Position numbers and translations under genes: made by a program
Shown: positions 44,817-52,724 of the stretch, in pieces
Layout of the letters: the number at the start of each line of letters is the position of its first letter
Position numbering within the stretch: position 1 is the stretch's first letter
From: Hadesarchaea archaeon
GTDB lineage: Archaea; Hadarchaeota; Hadarchaeia; Hadarchaeales; Hadarchaeaceae
Direction of reading: 5' to 3'
Length of the DNA: 64,000 bases
NCBI GenBank assembly: GCA_029259175.1
Contig: JAPDJH010000001.1
Location: 64,001 to 128,000, forward strand
Notes under the pieces: model-generated
What the model saw: only the letters and a program-made list of their open reading frames with translations
The model's database searches: none
What the model was told of the DNA's origin: nothing

Positions 44817-46799
44817 ATGCGAGTTGTAGATGAAAAGGGGATCTCCTCCGTGATTGGCTTCATTATGATTGCGTCTGCTACGATGATAGCCATCTCCGTC
44901 TATATTGTACAGCAAATGCCGTATGACTGGAAGGAAGACGAATACAATGCAATGCTCGAGGTAAAAAACGCGTTTTTAAAGTTGCGCGAAGTGATCCCGC
45001 GGCTTGACCCGGGGGATGTCGCAACGGTTTCTATACCGCTCGGGGCCCTCTCTCCCCATCCGGCCGTGGCTGGCAGCAGTGGGGGAGAGATAGAAATCAA
45101 GACCGCACGAAGCCTTACTGATGTCACAGGATTCGAAACCAACGCGAACGCGTTCAGTTGGTGGAGAGCGGTGGACACTTATGTAAAGGAAGCCTCACCC
45201 ACCTTTAACTACCAAAGCCCCGACTATGAAAACGAATATCTCTATGTTTCATCCACGCAGGGAAATCGAATATGGACTTTTCTGAAATTCGATCTCGCGG
45301 ATTCGGCTCTCTACGATAGTTATGACTACGAGTTCCGAGATGATGTGGTCATCCATCAGGCCCAGCTGATGCTCTACATAATAGACGCGGATCTCACGGA
45401 AACACCCACCGATAAACTTCAAGTGCTAGTTCCACAGCAGGTGGAGGTGTGGGGACTAGAAAACGACGCTTGGTGGGAAAACATCACCTGGAACGACGCA
45501 CAGAATATCCACGATCCTACTCGGGACGTGAAAATCGAGAACATCACCATCGACAGCGATGGGGAGTGGGCGGTGTGGGATGTCACCGATTTCGTGCGTG
45601 AAAAGTTCGAGCCGTTGCTCGGATGGGGAAAGTGGTACCAGACCAAGTGGTACACCAGCACGGGCACGGCCGAGGTGGGACGATTCAGCTCGGGTTATTA
45701 TAAATACCGGTCCAAAGATTCGACAGTGAACGACGGATCCTCTCTCACGGGTTCTGGAACTCTTACTTCCTCGGTGTTCGATGCTGGAGAGATAGTGTAC
45801 TGGAACTATGCACATTTTTCCTGTGATGGAGATCCGAGCGTTACAGTGTACTTTGACAATGACCCGGATCCGATAACTGGAGGAATTTCGTTCACACTTT
45901 CCGCGGGAAGCTCTTCCGGGAATCCGAATATTTATGCGCGATACGCACAGTACCAAGTTTCGCTGGGGGGAGCGGGCGATGAAGTGTATTCGGTTACCGT
46001 GGAGTACACCGCCCACCTCTCTTTCCTGCTGCGCGAACCGTGGAAGGACGGCCAGAGCCACACCACCACGCTGCAGACCCTCGCGTGCTTCAACTCGGGA
46101 GACAACTCCCGCGCCGAAGCGTATGGCTTTGAACCCAAGCTACGCATTGTCTACTCCCGAACATCGCGCGTGGGCTATGCAAAACAGGGATTGTTGGAAT
46201 TCGGATACGTCAAACTAAAAGGAAACACCGAATACTTCCCTGAAACCAACTACTGCTACGAAGGAGGGGCTGTATTCGTTGAAAGGGGGACCGGATGGTA
46301 TCAAACACTGATTGCCTATCCGCCCGACTTGGTTACCCTCGTGCCGACTGAGGAGAAGATCGTGGAACCGGATGGAAGTGTCAAGCGAGTGGCCATTCTC
46401 TCCGTCACGCGCTACCAAATCATGGAATCTTCTATCGAAGGGGAAAGTGTTGAAGCTTCCGGCGCCACAGCTCTGCGGGCGTCTCCTCAGAGCATCGAGT
46501 GGTTGGTGGAACCACCGGACGAGCCGAACACGGACGAAGTCACCATCACCATCATCACCGAGCATCCAAGCATATGGCGCGATGTGATGGAACAAATTGC
46601 TGCAGAGGTGAACTACGTTCTCTCTGGATACGAATCATACTACACCTATGAGGACTACACATCATATGATTACAGCACCATCAGCCTCACCATCCGCGGG
46701 GATCCCGGCGAAGGAGGAACAAAGTGGACGTTCAAATACTCTGAGAAAGTGGTGTGGCTCAAGGTATCCGCTGGAACGTATTTGGGAGGCAGAACATAG
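44817..46799 (+). CDS. Pilin-anchored adhesin with DNRLRE/CBM96-like domain
   Basis: EKG/ISSVIGFIMI; DTYV..FNY..FLKFDL..ENITWND; YEGGAVF. Confidence 0.8.
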   Translation: MRVVDEKGISSVIGFIMIASATMIAISVYIVQQMPYDWKEDEYNAMLEVKNAFLKLREVIPRLDPGDVATVSIPLGALSPHPAVAGSSGGEIEIKTARSLTDVTGFETNANAFSWWRAVDTYVKEASPTFNYQSPDYENEYLYVSSTQGNRIWTFLKFDLADSALYDSYDYEFRDDVVIHQAQLMLYIIDADLTETPTDKLQVLVPQQVEVWGLENDAWWENITWNDAQNIHDPTRDVKIENITIDSDGEWAVWDVTDFVREKFEPLLGWGKWYQTKWYTSTGTAEVGRFSSGYYKYRSKDSTVNDGSSLTGSGTLTSSVFDAGEIVYWNYAHFSCDGDPSVTVYFDNDPDPITGGISFTLSAGSSSGNPNIYARYAQYQVSLGGAGDEVYSVTVEYTAHLSFLLREPWKDGQSHTTTLQTLACFNSGDNSRAEAYGFEPKLRIVYSRTSRVGYAKQGLLEFGYVKLKGNTEYFPETNYCYEGGAVFVERGTGWYQTLIAYPPDLVTLVPTEEKIVEPDGSVKRVAILSVTRYQIMESSIEGESVEASGATALRASPQSIEWLVEPPDEPNTDEVTITIITEHPSIWRDVMEQIAAEVNYVLSGYESYYTYEDYTSYDYSTISLTIRGDPGEGGTKWTFKYSEKVVWLKVSAGTYLGGRT

Positions 46800-46814
46800 A
46801 CGAATGGGAATCGG

Positions 46815-47117
46815 ATGAGCCAGCGCCAGGTTCTGAAAATTCTCAGAGAATTCGCGGCCCGAGAAAGACGAGAGAAAGGAGGAGAGGTGCGAATCTACCA
46901 GTTAAAACTCGCAACCGTGCTCAGGAGGGGGCCAATACCGGAGATGAGAATTCGAAGCAGAGGTGGGGCGTGCTATCTGGTAGAACTCCGCCAATCGAAA
47001 CAAACGAGGATATACTTCTTTGACGGAAATGGCCAAATGCTGGGAGCTGAAAACTACGGGCCCGAGGATCCCGAGCTGCAGCGCTTGTTAGACCACTATC
47101 GGCGGCTCCCGGGCTAG
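46815..47117 (+). CDS. Hypothetical protein
   Basis: 100-aa ORF 15 nt after the pilin operon; no recognised motif. Confidence 0.55.
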   Translation: MSQRQVLKILREFAARERREKGGEVRIYQLKLATVLRRGPIPEMRIRSRGGACYLVELRQSKQTRIYFFDGNGQMLGAENYGPEDPELQRLLDHYRRLPG

Positions 47118-47297
47118 AGCCTGCTTTCTCAGCCAAAGCTTCCGGATTTTGCGGGCGAGAATCCCATCCTCGATGACGAGTCCTCCGCGATAGCCGCACT
47201 CCGCACACTCGTAGAGAGCCAGCTGAGGCAGTCCGGAGGCCCACCCGATTCTGTCCGATCCGCACCGCGGACAGTAACGTCTTCGGGGTTCCAGCAG
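47088..47297 (-). CDS. Small CPxCG-type zinc-finger protein (CTG start, absent from ORF track)
   Basis: Hand translation LLEPRRRYCPRCGSDRIGWASGLPQLALYECAECGYRGGLVIED...*; GAGGT 8 nt upstream. Confidence 0.7.
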   Translation of the reverse strand: MLEPRRRYCPRCGSDRIGWASGLPQLALYECAECGYRGGLVIEDGILARKIRKLWLRKQALAREPPIVV

Positions 47298-47301
47298 ACT
47301 C

Positions 47302-47967
47302 TCAGACCTCGATGAGTTCTACACGCACCCGCTCATCAGGCGGGATCTCGATCTCTGCTGCGTAGCCCTTCGAAATCGGCCCTGGGTTGACCATTACCGT
47401 ACGGCCCAGCTTCTCCACGGCTCTGGCTTCGTGGACGTGGCCGCAAGCCAGCGCCAAGGGCTGTTTGTCCTCCACAAATTTCCTGAGGCTTTTGCTTCCC
47501 ACGTGAGCGCCCGATTCGAGCTCATCGAGTTTGGTGTTGTGCGGGGGGGCGTGGGTGACCAACACCCACCTGTAGTTGTCCTCGCACTGCAGTGCTGCAA
47601 GCTCCTCTAGGATCTCGGCTTCGGTGAGTTCGAATGGTGTCTTGAAGGGGGTGATGTTGGAACCGCCCAAGCCCATGAAGCTGACATCACCCACCTTGCG
47701 GCATTTCCCGTGCAGGTTGACCTCGTAGCGATCGAGCACCTGTAGGATATCTTTGGGGTCACAGTTGCCCGGCACGGAGAGAGCTGGCACACCGCTCTCA
47801 CGAACCAGATCGAGCAGACTCTCGGCCACGTCGATGGGCCCGAAGTTGGTCAGATCGCCTATGAGGAGAACACAGTCATAATCCCGCTCGAGGAGTTTTC
47901 TGAGATTGTGCTCCGCGGCAGACACACCGTGAAAGTCTGCAGTCACCAGAATCTTCAACTTGCCCAC
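47302..47967 (-). CDS. Calcineurin-like metallophosphoesterase
   Basis: DFHG, GDLT, PGNCD, THAPP, CGHVHE. Confidence 0.93.
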   Translation of the reverse strand: MGKLKILVTADFHGVSAAEHNLRKLLERDYDCVLLIGDLTNFGPIDVAESLLDLVRESGVPALSVPGNCDPKDILQVLDRYEVNLHGKCRKVGDVSFMGLGGSNITPFKTPFELTEAEILEELAALQCEDNYRWVLVTHAPPHNTKLDELESGAHVGSKSLRKFVEDKQPLALACGHVHEARAVEKLGRTVMVNPGPISKGYAAEIEIPPDERVRVELIEV

Positions 47968-48031
47968 CGAACCACCATCTGCGGCGGTGTTAAAAACCTT
48001 TGGCGGCTCTCCGGCGCCCGGCGTTAAGTTT

Positions 48032-48874
48032 TTAACCCCCTCGTTCGCGTGCTCGCTCCGACGCTCGCTCGATCGCGCGGTCCAGCCGACTGGAGAGAGA
48101 AGCCCTTCCGCTGATCTTCAGCCGCAGTAGCTTTCGGGCGAGCTCACGAATGGCACGGCTCGCGGCGCTGTTGGGATATGCGGCCACCACCGGGAGATTT
48201 TCGCGGAAGGCCTCGTCCACCGCTTTGTCGAACGGCACGACTCCCAAAACGCGTGCGATTCGAGAGGCCTTCTCGCTCCACTGTTCCCGGCGCGTGCCGC
48301 GCATCAGCTTGGAGAGGACGACTCCGAGCGGTTTCACGCCCATCAATTCTTCGAGTCCCCGGGCAGTCGCTAGAGTGGAGTTGATGGAGTCGTCGTTCGC
48401 CTCGCACACGTAGAGCACGCGGTCAGCCGCCGCCGTGAGAATGAGGTGCTCGTACGAGACGGATGCGGGCGTATCGATGAACACGAAGGAGAACTCGGAT
48501 CGGAGGTCCTCTATCATGCGCTCGAAAATCTTACGCACTCGTTCCATTCGGGATGATACATCTCCGTGTAAAGGAAAGAAGCGCCCACCGGCTGGCATCA
48601 CCGCGAGGTTCGGGTAAAGGAGCGAGCCGTCGGACGCCAGCTGGCAGGTGTAAACCGCGTCCCTCCAGTTCCGCTTGCCCGAGAGCACGTCGGCTAGCGA
48701 GGCCTCGCGGGCAGGACACAGCTTCAGCTCTACAGAGCGCACGTGCAAATCCCCGTCGATGAGGAGAACACGGTCGCGCGGTTTGAGCTGGGCCACCCAG
48801 ATGGCCAAACCCATGGCCACCGTGGTCTTGGACACTCCTCCTTTGGTCCCGACTACGGCTATGACCGCACCCAT
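48032..48874 (-). CDS. MinD/ParA family ATPase
   Basis: KGGVSKTT, IDGD, FIDTPA, VPFD..V. Confidence 0.9.
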   Translation of the reverse strand: MGAVIAVVGTKGGVSKTTVAMGLAIWVAQLKPRDRVLLIDGDLHVRSVELKLCPAREASLADVLSGKRNWRDAVYTCQLASDGSLLYPNLAVMPAGGRFFPLHGDVSSRMERVRKIFERMIEDLRSEFSFVFIDTPASVSYEHLILTAAADRVLYVCEANDDSINSTLATARGLEELMGVKPLGVVLSKLMRGTRREQWSEKASRIARVLGVVPFDKAVDEAFRENLPVVAAYPNSAASRAIRELARKLLRLKISGRASLSSRLDRAIERASERARERGG

Positions 48875-48880
48875 GGAAAC

Positions 48881-49249
48881 TCACACTGCCAAGTCGGGTC
48901 TCCTGTAAATTTGAACCCGGATGTCTGCGCGCCGGCTCACAAGCACCTTGCGAACGCCCCCCTCTTTCACGTCCTTCCGGTACACGAGGCCTGCGCGCTC
49001 CAGAATCCGGAGGTGGTGGAGCACGCGGCTCACATCCATGCGCTTGCCCGTGCTTCGCTCCAGAGATCGAACGAGCTCGGACTGGAAGAGGGGGCCATCG
49101 TCTAGCAACTCGTACATCTGCCGGCGAAGGGGGTGCTGAAGAGCTCGAAAGATCGCGTATGGCTCGGAGACCTCTTTCCAGCCATCATCGCGCTTGAGTG
49201 CGAGCACCGGCTTTCCCGTTTTCTCGATGCGTCCGCCCATCCTGGTCAC
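48881..49249 (-). CDS. ArsR/SmtB-type wHTH regulator
   Basis: FRALQHPLRRQM...HHLRILERAGLV. Confidence 0.85.
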   Translation of the reverse strand: MTRMGGRIEKTGKPVLALKRDDGWKEVSEPYAIFRALQHPLRRQMYELLDDGPLFQSELVRSLERSTGKRMDVSRVLHHLRILERAGLVYRKDVKEGGVRKVLVSRRADIRVQIYRRPDLAV

Positions 49250-49254
49250 CGAAA

Positions 49255-49540
49255 CCTAACACGGCTTCACCCGAAGACATGGCAGGTCGGTTTCCAAGCT
49301 CCGCGGGGAGCGGAGCCCCCGGATACCAGGGATCTCCGGGTAGCCTCCGTCGCGCGCGACCTCATCGTGCACCAGACCGCTGGCCTGGTGCAGGGCGGTA
49401 AGCCCGCTTCCCGTGCTTAGCCCACGCCTCGGACTTCCACCGCCTTCATCCGGCGCGACACCGCGCGGGATCTCATCCGGAGATGAGCGCAGGGATTTAA
49501 GTCGCTTTGGGGGAGAGGTGCCCGAAAATAACCTTTCGGT
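49255..49540 (-). ncRNA. Candidate structured ncRNA, family unassigned
   Basis: At least 8 helices including two crossing long-range helices (see findings); strand inferred from G-U pairs and minus-strand TATA-like boxes. Confidence 0.65.
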
Positions 49541-49674
49541 GCGGTCAGGATTTATGAGGTTATATTGGGTTATCGGCAACTATCACTCACCTCCCCCTCT
49601 CCTTGGGCTCTCAGGGTTTTTATACCGGGTGGACGGGCGAAAAACAAAATTAGGCTTTCACAGAGAGTGTTAGG

Positions 49675-50490
49675 ATGCTCGGCGTGGGGCTAATCGGGTG
49701 CGGATCCATAGGCACGGCTTTGGCGAGAGCCATAGACCGCGGAAGGGCTGGAAACACCAGGTTAATGGTGGTGTATGACCTCAACCCCCAAGCGGCTAAA
49801 AAACTGGTGGCTGGTCTCAAGCAGAGGCCCAGAATCGCTCGAAGGGCAGATGAGGTCTATCGCGATCGCCGTGTGAGGCTCGTGATAGAAGCCGCATCGC
49901 AGAAGGCGGTGAGGGAATTCGGGGAGCGCATCTTGCGGGCGCGAAAGGACCTGATCGTGCTCAGCGTTGGGGCCCTTGCGGACGGCTCGCTGAGAAAAAG
50001 GTTGGAGAAGACGGCTTTGAAAAACGGTTGCAAGATATACATTCCGTCTGGAGCCGTTGTCGGTATCGATGGTGTCCGGGCAGCCAGCATAGATCAAGTA
50101 AGCAGGGTGGTGCTCACGACGCGAAAACCGCCAAGGGCCCTCGCCAGAAATCCGCTGGTGGGGAAGGAAATTGTGAAGCTGAAGCGGCCGAAAGTGGTCT
50201 TCGAGGGACCCGCCCGGAAGGCTGTTCGAGCATTTCCGGCGAGTGTGAACGTTGCAGCGACTCTTAGCCTCGCGGGGGTTGGCTTCGACAAAACTTGGGT
50301 CAGGATAGTGGCGGATCCGAGTTTGAAGCGCAACGTGCACGAGATCCGGATCGAGGGGCGGGCCGGGCGAATCCTCACGCGAACCGAAAACCTCCCGATG
50401 CGCGAAGCACCGGGCACCAGCAAGCTCGCCGCCCTGTCCACCATCCGGCTGCTGCGCAATCTCACAGAACCAACATACATAGGGGCGTGA
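49675..50490 (+). CDS. nadX: L-aspartate dehydrogenase
   Basis: GLIGCGSIG, EAASQ, SVGALAD, PSGAVVGID, TRKPP, NVAATLSLA. Confidence 0.93.
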   Translation: MLGVGLIGCGSIGTALARAIDRGRAGNTRLMVVYDLNPQAAKKLVAGLKQRPRIARRADEVYRDRRVRLVIEAASQKAVREFGERILRARKDLIVLSVGALADGSLRKRLEKTALKNGCKIYIPSGAVVGIDGVRAASIDQVSRVVLTTRKPPRALARNPLVGKEIVKLKRPKVVFEGPARKAVRAFPASVNVAATLSLAGVGFDKTWVRIVADPSLKRNVHEIRIEGRAGRILTRTENLPMREAPGTSKLAALSTIRLLRNLTEPTYIGA

Positions 50491-50496
50491 TCCGGA

Positions 50497-51357
50497 ATGA
50501 ACACCCGAGAGCTGCTGCTGGAGATGATTCGCGACGACTTGGGCAGGGGAGACATCACCACCGAGGCGGTTATCGGTTCAGACGTGCGGGCTAGAGGATT
50601 CATTGTGGCGCGCGAAAGGGGGATGCTAGCAGGGGTCCGAGAAGCGTGCTCCGTCTTCAGGCTGGCGGGGGTGAGGACACGAGTTCTGAAAAAGGACGGA
50701 TCGGCAGTGAGGGCTGGGGACAAGATAATGGAAGTGAAAGGCAATGCGCGGAAAATCCTGCAGGTGGAACGTGTTGCGCTGAACCTGCTGATGCGGATGA
50801 GCGGGATAGCAACGGCAACGGCCGAGCTGGTGAGGCTGGCTAAACGTGCAAATCCTAGGGTTGTGGTGGCCGCAACGCGCAAAACCGCCCCCTTGCTCAC
50901 GCGTTTCGACAAGCGGGCTGTGGAAGTGGGAGGGGGGAGCCCGCACAGGCGGGACCTGAGCGAGCAGGTTCTGATAAAGCGGAACCACGTGCGGATAGTC
51001 GGGTCGATCGAGAGTGCGGTTCGATCGGCCAAAAAGGCGAAGCGTCGACCCATAGAGATCGAGGTTTCGACCGCTGAGGAGGCGCTGAGGGCCGCGCGTG
51101 CGGGCGTCGACATCATAATGCTGGACAACATGCGGGTCAGCGAAGTCAGGCGTGCAGTCGAACTCTTGAAGCAGGAGGGGCTCAGGGAAAAAGTAGTGCT
51201 AGAGGTCTCCGGCGGAATAAGACCGAACAACATCCAGCGATATGCGGCGACTGGAGTCGACGTGATATCCAGCGGCTACATGACCATGCGGGCTCCGGCT
51301 CTGGATATGGGGCTGGAGATAGTGGCTGCCTCGCGCTCTACAAATCTGTCGAAATGA
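50497..51357 (+). CDS. nadC: Nicotinate-nucleotide pyrophosphorylase (carboxylating)
   Basis: GDITT, ERVALN..MSGIATAT, ATRKT, HR.DLS, IMLDN, SGGI. Confidence 0.96.
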   Translation: MNTRELLLEMIRDDLGRGDITTEAVIGSDVRARGFIVARERGMLAGVREACSVFRLAGVRTRVLKKDGSAVRAGDKIMEVKGNARKILQVERVALNLLMRMSGIATATAELVRLAKRANPRVVVAATRKTAPLLTRFDKRAVEVGGGSPHRRDLSEQVLIKRNHVRIVGSIESAVRSAKKAKRRPIEIEVSTAEEALRAARAGVDIIMLDNMRVSEVRRAVELLKQEGLREKVVLEVSGGIRPNNIQRYAATGVDVISSGYMTMRAPALDMGLEIVAASRSTNLSK

Positions 51358-51408
51358 TCGCAAAAACGATGGGGCACATTTATATGCCTCCCTTTGCGAT
51401 TCTTAATT

Positions 51409-51475
51409 GGCGATCGGCACCCGGTCGCCTCGGTCCCCGCCCCCTCTTTGTGGGGACCGGTCCCCCTCCCCTTTC
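51409..51475 (+). ncRNA. Candidate small two-hairpin RNA
   Basis: GGCGATCGG-CAC-CCGGTCGCC and CGGTCCCC-13nt-GGGGACCG; TTTATAT at 51379-85; pyrimidine tail. Confidence 0.35.
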
Positions 51476-51554
51476 CCAATACTTTCAGTGGGTTCTCCGG
51501 AAAGGAACTAGTATAGCGAAAATCATATTCTAAATCGGTGAAGGAGCGGAACCG

Positions 51555-52673
51555 GTGGAAGGGATGAGGAGAACGGGAATCGCGGAGCTCCCGCTACACG
51601 GCGGAAAGTGCCCGCCCTGGCTTTTCAGGCGCATGAAGCAGCTGGGCGAGGCGATATGCCGGCTCGTGGTGGAGGAATACGGGAGAAAGGAGCTGCTGAG
51701 GCGTCTGGCCGATCCGTTCTTCTTTCAGTCGCTGGGCTGCGTGCTGGGATACGACTGGCACTCCAGTGGTCTGACCACCGTTACGGTCGGGGCGCTGAAG
51801 GAGGGCATTGACGCACGGGAGCTGGGGATCGCGGTCTGTGGAGGGAAGGGAAAAACGTCGCGGCGAACGCCGGAGGAAATCCAGAGGCTGGCCGACGCGT
51901 TCTCCTTTTCGGATTCCAAGGTGGAGGAACTCCAGCGGGCGAGCAGGCTGGTCGCGAAGGTGGACAACGCGTGCGTGCAGGACGGATACCAGCTGTACCA
52001 CCATGCGTTCATCGTTTCCGAAGACGGAGACTGGACAGTGATCCAGCAAGGGATGCACGATCGCTTCGCCAGGCGCTATCACTGGTTTTCGGGGAACGTG
52101 CGCAGCTTCGTCGACGAGCCGCACACGGGAATCGCAGGGGATCGGCGGGAGAGCGCGGTTCTCGACATGACGGCGCGCGAGAGCGAGGAGTGCAGACGGG
52201 CGAGTGTCGATCTCGTGCGCGAGAATCCCAAGAGGCTGCTGCCCTATCTGCGGAAAACCGAGCAGCGCACGCTGGAGGACTACTTTGCGCGCTCTCCGCA
52301 GGCGAAGGTGTTGGTTATGCCAGCACGGCACACGATCTCGGAGCTCACGGAGCGGACCCTGGCGGCATTGCAGCGAGCGTACGAGATCCAGCCCCAGGAC
52401 TACGAGGACCTGATTTCCATCCGTGGGATCGGGCCAAAGGCCATCCGCGCCCTCGCTCTGGTTTCGGATCTGGTCTACGGCAAGCCCCCCTCGTGGCGCG
52501 ACCCGGTGAAGTACTCGTTCGCCCACGGGGGGAAGGACGGGGTTCCGTACCCAGTGGACCGCCGGACGTATCAGACGACCATCCAGATTCTGGAGGACGC
52601 AATTCAGGAAATGCAGACGACTCGGGAGGAGAAGATTCGCGCGCTCCGAAGGCTTCACGAGTTCTTGGGATGA
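51555..52673 (+). CDS. DUF763 family protein
   Basis: LPLHGG..P.WLF.RM, LGYDWHSSGLTT, VQDGYQLYHH, DPVKYSFAHGGKDGVPYPV. Confidence 0.92.
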   Translation: MEGMRRTGIAELPLHGGKCPPWLFRRMKQLGEAICRLVVEEYGRKELLRRLADPFFFQSLGCVLGYDWHSSGLTTVTVGALKEGIDARELGIAVCGGKGKTSRRTPEEIQRLADAFSFSDSKVEELQRASRLVAKVDNACVQDGYQLYHHAFIVSEDGDWTVIQQGMHDRFARRYHWFSGNVRSFVDEPHTGIAGDRRESAVLDMTARESEECRRASVDLVRENPKRLLPYLRKTEQRTLEDYFARSPQAKVLVMPARHTISELTERTLAALQRAYEIQPQDYEDLISIRGIGPKAIRALALVSDLVYGKPPSWRDPVKYSFAHGGKDGVPYPVDRRTYQTTIQILEDAIQEMQTTREEKIRALRRLHEFLG

Positions 52674-52724
52674 GCGCGCCTCCGAGAGCGTTATAGGGAA
52701 GGAGCCCCCCATTCTCTTGGAAGG

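Noticed and set aside
49255-49540. Identification of the structured region as RNase P RNA, SRP RNA or hammerhead
   Set aside because: AAGUCC and GGCUU are only about 20 nt apart with no CR-II to CR-V layout; no SRP helix 8 motif; CGAUGA is not the hammerhead CUGAUGA core
49675-51357. Absence of nadA next to nadX-nadC
   Set aside because: Split NAD operons are common; cannot be judged from one window
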